Source: Nitrosopumilus sp.
Lineage (GTDB): Archaea; Thermoproteota; Nitrososphaeria; Nitrososphaerales; Nitrosopumilaceae
Direction of reading: 5' to 3'
Assembly: GCA_965218785.1 (NCBI GenBank)
Contig: OZ244650.1
Location: forward strand, 640,001-704,000
Length of the DNA: 64,000 nucleotides
Shown here: in pieces, positions 50,954 to 60,161 of the stretch
Layout of the letters: each line of letters opens with the position of its first letter
Position numbering within the stretch: the stretch's first letter is position 1
Notes under the pieces: model-generated
Told to the model about the DNA's origin: nothing
Database searches by the model: none
The model's input: the letters and a program-made list of their open reading frames with translations, nothing else
Made by a program: the position numbers and the translations under genes

Positions 50954-51892
50954 ATGACTTTTCTATCAGTGAGCGGATTATCTGCCAAATACCACACATC
51001 TAGGGGACCAGTTTATGCAGTCGATGACGTAGATTTTCAACTGCAAGATGGCAGATCAATAGGAATTGCAGGTGAGAGCGCATGTGGAAAAAGCACGCTG
51101 GGACTCTCAATTATACGGATGCTTTTGGGAGGAAAAACAGACGGAAAAATCCTCTTTGAGAACCAGTCGATTTTAGATATGAGCGAGTCTGATTTTAACA
51201 GGCAATACCGGTGGAAGAAAATTTCCATGATTTTTCAAGGCGCGATGAATTCGCTGGATCCTGTATTTACTATCAAGGCACAGTTTTTAGAAATTTTAAA
51301 ACAACACAGCTTTGATGGTGATTCTGATAAGGCAGTTTTAGATGCAATAAAGTCAGTCAGTCTGGATCCTGCCGTCCTGAAGAAATATCCGCACGAACTC
51401 AGTGGAGGTATGAAGCAACGCGTAATTATTGCAATGGCCCTGCTTCTCAAACCAAAATTTGTAATTGCAGATGAACCAACTACCGCACTTGATGTGCTGA
51501 TTCAAGCTCAAATTGTAAGTTTGCTCAAATCTCTCAAAAAAGACGGCATGTCTTTTATGCTGATTACACACGATTTGGCAGTGCTCTCTGAAATTGCCGA
51601 TGATATTGGAATTATGTATGGCGGCCAGATGGTTGAATTTGGAACTTCGCAGGAAATTTACAAAAATCCAAAGCATCCGTACACGCAAGGACTTTTAGAA
51701 TCAATTCCTACATTGAGGGGAAATACCCCAAAACACATCAAGGGAATCCCCCCTAGTCTGCTTGATGCGCCCACTGAATGCAGGTTTATAGAAAGATGTC
51801 CTCTGGCCATTGAAAAATGCAAGCAGCTTCCCCCTAAATTTAAAACAAAAACCGGCTATGTTAGGTGCTGGTTATATGAAGATCAAACATAG
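50954..51892 (+). CDS. oligopeptide/dipeptide ABC transporter ATP-binding subunit
   Basis: GESACGKS, LSGGMKQR, DEPTTALD, HPYTQGL, C-terminal Cys cluster. Confidence 0.93.
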   Translation: MTFLSVSGLSAKYHTSRGPVYAVDDVDFQLQDGRSIGIAGESACGKSTLGLSIIRMLLGGKTDGKILFENQSILDMSESDFNRQYRWKKISMIFQGAMNSLDPVFTIKAQFLEILKQHSFDGDSDKAVLDAIKSVSLDPAVLKKYPHELSGGMKQRVIIAMALLLKPKFVIADEPTTALDVLIQAQIVSLLKSLKKDGMSFMLITHDLAVLSEIADDIGIMYGGQMVEFGTSQEIYKNPKHPYTQGLLESIPTLRGNTPKHIKGIPPSLLDAPTECRFIERCPLAIEKCKQLPPKFKTKTGYVRCWLYEDQT

Positions 51893-51944
51893 TTGTACTG
51901 GCAATCGAATCTACCGACTTTGGCATTTCAAATTTGTTTGACAC

Positions 51945-52319
51945 TCAGGTGTGTTTCTTTACAATTGGCAGACACGCATCTATTATTCTTAGCATCTCTG
52001 ATCTAATTACTTTTTTATCGATTGATATCCACACCCTTGATTTATTTATTGCAAAAGAGATGATCTGCACCTTTTTTCTTTCCTCCCAAACAAATTCAAC
52101 TGGTCCCAAATTTTTATCAAAAAATCCCTCCAAATCCGTCTTTATGGCAATATGTGAAAACTGATACTGGGTATTTTTCTCATTTAGCAGCGGAATCAGA
52201 TCCGGTCTTCTTCTATACGCCAACAACTCCCCCCTCTCTCCGATTACTCCTGCAAACCTGATAAACGGACTAATTGTGCTGACTGCATCACAGATTTGCT
52301 GCAAGTTTTTGTCTGTCAA
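51945..52319 (-). CDS. roadblock-like hypothetical protein
   Basis: IRFAGVI..GELL...LGPVEF pattern typical of a thaumarchaeal family. Confidence 0.75.
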   Translation of the reverse strand: MTDKNLQQICDAVSTISPFIRFAGVIGERGELLAYRRRPDLIPLLNEKNTQYQFSHIAIKTDLEGFFDKNLGPVEFVWEERKKVQIISFAINKSRVWISIDKKVIRSEMLRIIDACLPIVKKHT

Positions 52320-52399
52320 TTGATTGGGTTGCTACAGTATGATATTTTAATGATCGTTGTAGGCGGCAAATCACCGTTATCAAATAATTACCTGTCTGG

Positions 52400-52760
52400 C
52401 CTGGCTCTGTTCTATCTGTTAATCCTAATTTTTTGTTCAAGCTTTTATCTGGTGCCATGTCTACTTTTTCCATAGCCCATATCGTATGTTGCGAATTTAA
52501 CTCTTTTTTCGCAATATTTGTTCGTAAAATTATAAAATACATGTGTATATTATAATGCGAAATTAGGTTGATTTTCGCAAAATAGTCGTGAAATAGTACG
52601 GGGAGATAACAGAAAAACAACAGAGACGAAGCAAAATAGCCAAGAAATGCTGAGTAGAGTACACCACAGATGCCTCAAATTATGGGATGTTTGTCAGTAC
52701 ATGCTGAATGAGAGCCGTTTAACTTGGCATAATATTGAAGAACCACACTGCCTCTTTTCT
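52400..52760 (-). mobile_element. possible decayed transposase C-terminus
   Basis: Weak HYNIHMYF...APDKSL..KLGLTDR pattern; non-coding-like gap. Confidence 0.3.
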
Positions 52761-52801
52761 TTGGTTTTAATTAAAATAAAGCCTGTAACACACATTGATT
52801 T

Positions 52802-53455
52802 GTGGATTTTGTTGATCTGTTTCCGTTTGCGCCAGAAGTAGGTTATCTGAGTCTGGCTCTAGTTAACTTTTTTGGTTCCCTGGTGCCGTTTGTACCATTA
52901 CCCGGATTTCTGTTACTAGCTACAATGTCTGTAGGTGATCAGTTTGATTTGCACGTATTGGCAATATTGTCGGCACTTACTGCCACTGCTGCAAAGCAAA
53001 TCATATTCTATGCAAGTTATGGCGGACGGAAGATTGTCAGTGAAAAAACCAGAAAAAGAATGCGCCCCTTTCAGAGACTCGTTAAGCGGTATGGTGCCGG
53101 TGCGGCGTTTTTTGCAGCTGCCACCCCAATTCCAGATGATCTGGTGTATGTCCCGCTGGGATTGGCAAAGTACGATCCAAAAAAATTCTTTATTGCAACT
53201 GTTACTGGCAAACTGGTTCTAAGCTATGTCATTGTTTTTATTTCCCACTATCTTGGTCTGTCTCTGGCAGAGCCTTTACTGGAAAATATTGATAATGCTG
53301 CCCCCGTCTACATTGGAATTATAATCTTTGGTGCAATGATGACTTCGGTTGTAATTTTATTATTAAGATTAGACTGGAATAGAATCATGGGACGGTTTGC
53401 CCCATGGACATTGGATGAAAACAACAAGGATGAAGACAACGATGATGAAAACTAG
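52802..53455 (+). CDS. DedA/VTT-domain membrane protein
   Basis: AATPIPDD, FFIATVTGK; several TM segments. Confidence 0.88.
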   Translation: MDFVDLFPFAPEVGYLSLALVNFFGSLVPFVPLPGFLLLATMSVGDQFDLHVLAILSALTATAAKQIIFYASYGGRKIVSEKTRKRMRPFQRLVKRYGAGAAFFAAATPIPDDLVYVPLGLAKYDPKKFFIATVTGKLVLSYVIVFISHYLGLSLAEPLLENIDNAAPVYIGIIIFGAMMTSVVILLLRLDWNRIMGRFAPWTLDENNKDEDNDDEN

Positions 53456-54009
53456 CTTTTTATTTTGAAATTCCATAATTTGTCAGTTGCCTCTCGAATT
53501 CCAATTCTTGATGATGCACAAATCCTCTTTGGTTTTATTCCATCTGTGATGGACAGGCCGGGATGTTTTGTTAAATCAATCCCATAATGTTTTTTTGTGA
53601 TTTTTAATGCCATAGTCAATTTTGCCGGACCGTCTGTGAGAGTTTTCATATTTTTATTTTTTCTGTTTTTTTGCATGGTTTTGATTCCCTTTTCAGGTTC
53701 AATTGCACGAATGAGGACCGCCCCTGCTAAAATTTTGGGATGTCTTGCCACCACGTTAAAGCAGTAATACATTCCATAGGTAAAATAAACATAAGCCATT
53801 CCTACGTCTCCGAACATGGCCTTGTTTCTGTTGGTGACTCCCCTAAATGCATGGCTTGCAGGATCATCCTCGTGCCTGTATGCCTCTGTTTCTGTAATCA
53901 TTCCTGAAACCTCCTGACTGCCAATTTTTCTTACAATTTTTTTCCCCAAAAGATTTTTTGCAACTTTGACTGTATCTTGCAGATAAAATTCCCTAGGCAG
54001 CCTGTTCAA
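53452..54009 (-). CDS. mpg: DNA-3-methyladenine glycosylase (AAG/MPG family)
   Basis: ETEAY, AYVYFTYGMY, AVLIRA, GPAKL, RIGI. Confidence 0.93.
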   Translation of the reverse strand: MNRLPREFYLQDTVKVAKNLLGKKIVRKIGSQEVSGMITETEAYRHEDDPASHAFRGVTNRNKAMFGDVGMAYVYFTYGMYYCFNVVARHPKILAGAVLIRAIEPEKGIKTMQKNRKNKNMKTLTDGPAKLTMALKITKKHYGIDLTKHPGLSITDGIKPKRICASSRIGIREATDKLWNFKIKS

Positions 54010-54580
54010 TATCTACTGTAATCTCCCCCTTGTTTTTTAATTCTCTGATTAACTCAAAAAGTTTTTTGATGTCTTCTTTGAGCACCTCGATTAATTCTTG
54101 ATTATAAATTGTTGCAGCAGGGTGGATTGTCAGAAAATAAAGCTGGTTTCCCTTTCGAACCACCTTGCCTCTAAATTTTGTAATCTCAGAACCTCCTAGA
54201 ATCGAATTAAACGCGGTGTTGCCTAAAATACATATTATTTTCGGCTTTATTATGGAAATTTCCTGTTTTAGATAGTCATGACATGTCTCACGCTCTGTCG
54301 TGTTTGGCACCCTGTTGTTTGGCGGCCTGCATTTTACTACATTTGTAATGTATACTGCATCCCTTAGGACACCTGCCTCTTTTAGTGCCAGTGAAAGTCT
54401 CTTTCCTGCCACTCCTACAAACGGCTCGCCATTTTTATCCTCGTTTCTTCCGGGTGCCTCTCCGACAAAGATCACCTCTGAGTGAAAATTCCCCTTGCCT
54501 GGAACTGAATTGGTTCTCGTCTTACAGAGATCACACTTTGTACATTCTATGACCTGTTGCCTTATCTTCTCTAGATTCAT
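53993..54580 (-). CDS. family-4 uracil-DNA glycosylase
   Basis: CxxCxL, GEAPG, PFVG, KCRPP, HPAA. Confidence 0.93.
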   Translation of the reverse strand: MNLEKIRQQVIECTKCDLCKTRTNSVPGKGNFHSEVIFVGEAPGRNEDKNGEPFVGVAGKRLSLALKEAGVLRDAVYITNVVKCRPPNNRVPNTTERETCHDYLKQEISIIKPKIICILGNTAFNSILGGSEITKFRGKVVRKGNQLYFLTIHPAATIYNQELIEVLKEDIKKLFELIRELKNKGEITVDIEQAA

Positions 54581-55992
54581 TATATCACACTCTTTACTGT
54601 CGCTGTTCCCCTAATTGACGGTCCGCCGTTGCCCATCATCATTGACTGCATGGGATCCCCCTTGCCGCAATTCGTTATCGGTCTTATGGTAAAATCGTTT
54701 CCACACGCATCAATTGACTCAAAAAATTCCGGCGCGCTGCCTGTCACAATTACGTCTCGTAGCAGGTCAGTTACCTCCCCGTTCTCTATTTTCTGTGCGT
54801 ATTGACATGAAATACTCCAGTTATACCGCCTCATGTCAATTGAGGGAATTTTCATATTTGATATCAAATAACCATCTCTGACTTCTTTTATCATCTCCGA
54901 TACATTCCGGTCCCCATTACTGATGCATGTACATGCCATACGAATCAAAGGCATGAATCGATAGCTTGTCGCCCTCATGTTTCCGGTAGGCGGCGCATCG
55001 AAAATTTTCCCAGTCTCCCTGCTTTGCATGTGGTTTTTTAAAACCCCGTCTTTTATCAGGGTTGTTTTCTTTGCCTTGATTCCTTCATCATCGTAGTAAT
55101 ACCATCCCAGACTCTCTTTGATGGTTGGATCATCGAAGACATTTAATTTTTCAGAACCTATTTTTTCACCGATTCTTCCCTTCCACCATGCACCTCCGGC
55201 CCATGCCATCTCTTTTCCCAACACCCTGTCTGCTTCTGATGGATGACCTAGTATCTCATGTGTAAGTAATGATACAAAATCCGGATTCATTATGACTGTG
55301 GCTTTTTCTTCCTTTGCTGGCCTTGCATCAATTAGCTGTGACGCTTTAAGGGAGATCTCTTTTGCACTTTTCATAATCTTGTCATCTTGCATAACCTGCT
55401 CCATTCCTCCCCTTCCTCCCTCTGTGATGTTTACTGACTGTGTCAATCCGGATTCATGTGCCGTAGCTGTCATCTCTACTACCGTATCTGTAAAGTTTTG
55501 TAAAATTTCTGAACCCTCGCTATTTGCAAAATATTTTGAATTCTTTGAATACCATGGATTTACAATGGACCTGATGATTTTTGGCGTATCTGAAATAACC
55601 CGACTGCATTCAAATCCGGTCTTTATCAATTCATCCAACTCTGGTTTTTCTAAAACCGGAAAATCCACCCTGGTTTTATTGCCTGGGTTGGGATGTAGAA
55701 TATCTTTATTTTTTTTACCATATGCGGAATTTCTCAGGGATCTGTCAACTGCATCTTTGACCTGCTCAAACGAATCTGGATTTGTAATCGAAGAAAAACC
55801 CCACACCCCTCCTTTTAGCAGTCTTATGCCGATTCCGGCATCCCTGTTATTTCTAACATGCTCGATTTTCCCGTTATCGATCAGGGCTGATCTTGTTTCC
55901 TGCTGTTCTGCCCTTGCATCGCAGTATTGGGCGCCGGATTTTGATGCGTGTGTAACTGCCTTATCTGCTAAATCCTGCAGGCTCAAATCCAT
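54580..55992 (-). CDS. tldD: TldD/PmbA family metalloprotease
   Basis: HEILGHPSEAD, DDEG, CGKG. Confidence 0.9.
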   Translation of the reverse strand: MDLSLQDLADKAVTHASKSGAQYCDARAEQQETRSALIDNGKIEHVRNNRDAGIGIRLLKGGVWGFSSITNPDSFEQVKDAVDRSLRNSAYGKKNKDILHPNPGNKTRVDFPVLEKPELDELIKTGFECSRVISDTPKIIRSIVNPWYSKNSKYFANSEGSEILQNFTDTVVEMTATAHESGLTQSVNITEGGRGGMEQVMQDDKIMKSAKEISLKASQLIDARPAKEEKATVIMNPDFVSLLTHEILGHPSEADRVLGKEMAWAGGAWWKGRIGEKIGSEKLNVFDDPTIKESLGWYYYDDEGIKAKKTTLIKDGVLKNHMQSRETGKIFDAPPTGNMRATSYRFMPLIRMACTCISNGDRNVSEMIKEVRDGYLISNMKIPSIDMRRYNWSISCQYAQKIENGEVTDLLRDVIVTGSAPEFFESIDACGNDFTIRPITNCGKGDPMQSMMMGNGGPSIRGTATVKSVI

Positions 55993-56032
55993 GATTAATT
56001 AAATCCAAAGGTATTCCTAAGTCTTCTGTATT

Positions 56033-56170
56033 TTACCTGCTTGAAATTGCAGGCATTGTAAAGTAGTATTCGTCCTCAAATTCATAGTCAGTTCTGCCTT
56101 TTTCACGCAAAAACTCGAAATATCCGGTACAATTTTCATAAAACTCTCTATTTACCTCGTCTTCTTGCAT
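56033..56170 (-). CDS. 45-aa acidic/aromatic small protein
   Basis: MQEDEVNREFYENCTGYFEFLREKGRTDYEFEDEYYFTMPAISSR; upstream of tldD on the same strand. Confidence 0.65.
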   Translation of the reverse strand: MQEDEVNREFYENCTGYFEFLREKGRTDYEFEDEYYFTMPAISSR

Positions 56171-56448
56171 ATGTTTTATCTTTTATTCTGCATTTTTTCA
56201 AGAGAGTGAGTAATTTTAGTTCTGAATGTGTGTTTTATTTGAGCAGGGTGGAAAAACCAAGGTTGGTCACACGCATAACACAGTCGTTTCAGACCAAAAA
56301 TTGTTTTAATTACCCCAGTCATGATCAAAAACCCACCAACTCTCTAATGTGGCGCATCAGCATTCAAAATCCTGATTTGCGTCTTAAAAGCAATCATCTG
56401 TAATTTAGCAAAGTAATTTATGGCATTTACCTGTGATCAAATCAAACA

Positions 56449-58269
56449 TTGTCAAAAATCGTCGCAGATACTAGTGTTATAATAAATGGCCAGTTGATTG
56501 CCCAGATAGAGGCAGGCTCTATTAGAAATTCTGAAATCATAATACCTCAAGCGGTTTTTGATGAACTACAATCACAGGCCTGTACTAAAAAAGAACAGGG
56601 ATTTGCAGGACTAGAAAAAATTCAAAAGCTAAAAGAACTATCTGGAAGCCACGGTTTGGAGATTGTTTTAAAGGGACCGCATCCGTCCAGTGATGACATT
56701 AAACTTGCCAGAAACGGCAGAATCGATGCGCTCATTACTGACATGGCCAAACAAAATGATGCCATTCTTTACACTTCAGATAATGTACAACATCTGGTGG
56801 CAAAGGCAGAAGATGTGGAAACAGTCTTTCTCAAATCCGTAATCAAGGACGAAAAACTGGAGTTTCTAAAATTTTTTGATGATAAAACAATGAGTGTCCA
56901 TTTAAAGGAAAACCAATACCCGCTGGCCAAAAAAGGAAAGCCCGGCGCTTTTATCCTGACTAGAATCAGTGATGATGCCCTTTCAAAGAATTATCTGGAA
57001 CTAGTCTCATCACAAATATTGGATGTTGCAAACACGTCTGATTCAAGTACCATTGAAATCTCAAAAACCGGGGCCTCGGTGGTCCAACTTGATGACTATC
57101 GTATTGCCATCACTTATCCGCCCTTCTCCGAATCCCTTGAGATAACAATCGTTCATCCCATAGTAAGGATGTCCCTTGAGGACTATCAAATATCTGATGA
57201 ACTAATGAAACGCTTCACTGACAGGGCCGAAGGCATTGTCATCTCCGGCGCTCCAGGCTCTGGTAAAAGCACGCTTGCATCAGGTCTTGCTAATTTTTAT
57301 CACAATACGGGAAAGATTGTCAAAACATTTGAATCCCCACGTGACTTACAAGTTGATCCGGGCATTACCCAATACAGTAAACTTGATGGAAGTTTTGATA
57401 ATACGGCTGATATCTTGTTGCTTGTCCGTCCTGACTATACTATTTTTGACGAAGTACGAAGGCGGGAGGATTTTGGCACGTTTGCAGATTTACGATTAAC
57501 CGGTGTTGGAATGGTCGGCGTAATTCATGCAAATTCCCCGATAGATGCCATCCAGCGTTTTATTGGAAAAATCGAGCTTGGCATAATACCGAGCGTGTTG
57601 GATACCGTAGTCTTTGTGAGGGATGGCAGGATTGACAAAGTCTATGATCTGGAACTCAAAGTCAAGGTTCCCTCCGGAATGACTGAATCGGATCTGGCCA
57701 GGCCTGTTATTGAAATCAGGAATTTTGCAGATAACGTACTAGAACACGAGATATACACATTTGGCGAGGAAAACGTCATCGTACCTATCACCCAACGAGC
57801 TTCAAAAATTGGAATTGAAAAACTAGCCGAGGAGAAAATACGTGAAACTTTCAAAAGATATGACCCTCGTGCCGAAGTTGAGATTTTATCTGATAACCGG
57901 GTCAAAGTTTTCGTAAATGAACAATGCATTCCATTAATTATAGGACGCGGAGGCAGCAACATCAACGATATTGAAAAATCCCTTAACATTCACATTGATG
58001 TTGTTCAAAAAGACTCTGATAACGTCCCACAAATAACAGGTGATCTTCCTTTTACTTTTTCAGAATCAAAAACCACGTTACTTTTAACTGTCAACCGGGA
58101 ACACACCTCGAGGCATGCTGATGTCTTGGTTAATGACAAACACGTCACATCTGTACGTATTGGCAAGAAAGGCCAGATAAAAATTCCAAAACGCTCCGAT
58201 GTTGCAAGAGATCTTATGAACCGCGTCTCCTCACAAAATGACATTAAACTTTATCTCAAAGATTTTTAA
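56449..58269 (+). CDS. PIN-domain ATPase with KH domain (PINA-type)
   Basis: VADTSVII, GAPGSGKS, ESPRDL, RPDYTIFDE, IIGRGG. Confidence 0.92.
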   Translation: MSKIVADTSVIINGQLIAQIEAGSIRNSEIIIPQAVFDELQSQACTKKEQGFAGLEKIQKLKELSGSHGLEIVLKGPHPSSDDIKLARNGRIDALITDMAKQNDAILYTSDNVQHLVAKAEDVETVFLKSVIKDEKLEFLKFFDDKTMSVHLKENQYPLAKKGKPGAFILTRISDDALSKNYLELVSSQILDVANTSDSSTIEISKTGASVVQLDDYRIAITYPPFSESLEITIVHPIVRMSLEDYQISDELMKRFTDRAEGIVISGAPGSGKSTLASGLANFYHNTGKIVKTFESPRDLQVDPGITQYSKLDGSFDNTADILLLVRPDYTIFDEVRRREDFGTFADLRLTGVGMVGVIHANSPIDAIQRFIGKIELGIIPSVLDTVVFVRDGRIDKVYDLELKVKVPSGMTESDLARPVIEIRNFADNVLEHEIYTFGEENVIVPITQRASKIGIEKLAEEKIRETFKRYDPRAEVEILSDNRVKVFVNEQCIPLIIGRGGSNINDIEKSLNIHIDVVQKDSDNVPQITGDLPFTFSESKTTLLLTVNREHTSRHADVLVNDKHVTSVRIGKKGQIKIPKRSDVARDLMNRVSSQNDIKLYLKDF

Positions 58270-58720
58270 AATTTTCAATTATCTTGGGATTTGCTTTGAG
58301 AAAAGTAATGAATTTTCTTAACTGCTTTGTTGTTTTTGGATTTAGATGGTGCTCGATACCTTCTGTATCCTGATTTGCAGTGTCATAACCGACTCCTAAA
58401 ATCTCAAAAAACTCCAGCAAGATTCCATGTCTTTGCCTGATTCCTTCTGCCACCTGCGTTCCTTTGTCTGTGAGATTGATTCCGTGATATTTTTCATATT
58501 CTAAAAATCCGCCCTCATCGAGCCTCTGCAGCATCTTGGTAACACTTGGCGCACTAACTCCCATGTACCTTGAAATATCTAATGTGGTCGCATAGCCTTT
58601 CAATTCTACTAGCTCTGAAATTACCTCCAAATAATCCTCCATTCTTGTACTTGATTGGGTTCTTTTTGACTGGTGTGCCGCTTTTATCGAATCTAGCCTT
58701 TTGGAGTTTTTGGTCTTCAT
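58256..58720 (-). CDS. DtxR/MntR family metal-dependent regulator
   Basis: EDYLEVI, VSAPSVTKM, RHGILLEF, EGIEHH. Confidence 0.92.
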   Translation of the reverse strand: MKTKNSKRLDSIKAAHQSKRTQSSTRMEDYLEVISELVELKGYATTLDISRYMGVSAPSVTKMLQRLDEGGFLEYEKYHGINLTDKGTQVAEGIRQRHGILLEFFEILGVGYDTANQDTEGIEHHLNPKTTKQLRKFITFLKANPKIIENFKNL

Positions 58721-58824
58721 GTAATCTTTGTATCTGTATTCAATCTAGTATAATTGGTTGTCTCTTCAGCCTTTTACTGTACAAAAAGTAGTCCACTCTT
58801 ATAATCTGACAGAACCCTTGATCG

Positions 58825-59332
58825 GGTTCTGTGTAATCTTCGGTTCATAGGCTGAAATATGATCTTCTCAGATTGAAAAATTTTGCCATTCCTTATTGGT
58901 AGATGGTAAGAACAAGTGGAAGACTAATCGCCAATGCCTCATTAGATGTCAAATCACGGGACTGATAAGGTGTGCGATTCCAAAAAAATGGAATTGTACG
59001 ATCCACAAACAAACTGAAAACTATTGTGGTTAGAATCAGGGGAAATAAGAACATTTGACCTGTCAGTCAGTGCCACACGTTAAGATTAAAACATATCCGA
59101 ATATGATGTTTGATGCAAAGCACCGGCAACCATCCCCGGAATTAATCACATGGGACTTGCCAAAAATGATGCCTATCGAGACGACCATCATAGGGAGTGA
59201 TTACCCTGTGACTTGTCTCAATTTTCATATTTTATGGGTTCAAAATAAAAGTCAGAATTCCAGACGTGAAAAATTTTTCAATCTGGAGAAGATCGTGATT
59301 TCGTGCCTAGCACACGATAACTCTGCAGTGCC
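58825..59332 (+). mobile_element. internally deleted IS6-like element (left arm)
   Basis: GGTTCTGT...GCAGTGCC ends; decayed transposase-like fragments (HVKIK..MFDAKHR). Confidence 0.65.
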
Positions 59333-59453
59333 GTTTGGACTTTTAGAATAAATCCCAGTACAGGATCGTGGTTCAAAACAGACTGTCTGATCCGTGTCGG
59401 TACACCGCATTCACCGGACGTGGCAGGGTGCAAGAAAAAAATTTATTCTAGTG

Positions 59454-59717
59454 CTAGTCTTTGCCATAAACGGACTTGTGGTCGCATACCCGAAGCAGTT
59501 CTACGATTCCCTCGTCATATCGGATTGAATACATGATACGATATTTTTTGCCAAGCTCATAAGAAAAAGTTCTCATGTTTTGCTTGTACACTCCAAGATT
59601 GGAGGGGTTTGTAGAGGATACAATGTCTGCAAGCGCATTATCTACAATATGTTGCGTGTTGGAGTCCAGTTTCTTATATTGCCTAGTAAATTGATTTGTC
59701 CATTTTAGATCCCACAA
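59454..59717 (-). CDS. RelE/ParE-family toxin
   Basis: WTNQFTRQYKKL...YRIMYSI...LLRVCDHKSVY. Confidence 0.85.
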   Translation of the reverse strand: MWDLKWTNQFTRQYKKLDSNTQHIVDNALADIVSSTNPSNLGVYKQNMRTFSYELGKKYRIMYSIRYDEGIVELLRVCDHKSVYGKD

Positions 59718-59720
59718 CTT

Positions 59721-59858
59721 TTAATCACTGTGTAGTTCGTCAAGCAATTCTTTTAGAGTCCCAACTTTGTGATCTTTTGGATTGCTGTAAAATTCCTTAA
59801 TGTCTGCAATTTCTTCGTCTGAAAGTGGGGGAGAATCAATTTGTTTTATATCGGACAT
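59721..59858 (-). CDS. 45-aa acidic antitoxin candidate
   Basis: MSDIKQIDSPPLSDEEIADIKEFYSNPKDHKVGTLKELLDELHSD; ends 3 nt before the toxin. Confidence 0.75.
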   Translation of the reverse strand: MSDIKQIDSPPLSDEEIADIKEFYSNPKDHKVGTLKELLDELHSD

Positions 59859-59900
59859 GTATCGCTTATGCAACCTTCCCTTAAAAAAGATATGAATCAA

Positions 59901-60117
59901 GGTTCTGTAAAGTTACGGAGGCCTGAAATCACGATCTTCTCCAGATTGAACTTTTGTGCCTGTTGGAAATTATCCTCTAAATACATGAAAAAGTGCAGAA
60001 GGGATTAGATCCTCTGCATTTTTTCATGTTTTTTAGATAACAATTCCCAACAGGTAGGAAATTTCAATCAGAAGAAGATCCATATTTCAGCCTATGAACC
60101 GAAGATTACACAGAACC
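59901..60117. mobile_element. 217-bp fold-back MITE (right arm)
   Basis: GGTTCTGT...ACAGAACC ends; arms pair over almost the whole length around a loop at about 60003-60010. Confidence 0.85.
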
Positions 60118-60161
60118 CTTGATCGTTATATTTTTATCCACACCGACAAATCCAATTCATC

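Larger units (their letters stand above)
58825..60117. mobile_element. non-autonomous composite element with IS6-like ends carrying a TA module
   Basis: Perfect 37-bp IRs (58825-58861 / 60081-60117) starting GGTTCTGT; direct repeat CTTGATCG at 58817-58824 and 60118-60125. Confidence 0.85.

Noticed and set aside
55292-56002. 236-aa plus-strand ORF
   Set aside because: Antisense to tldD
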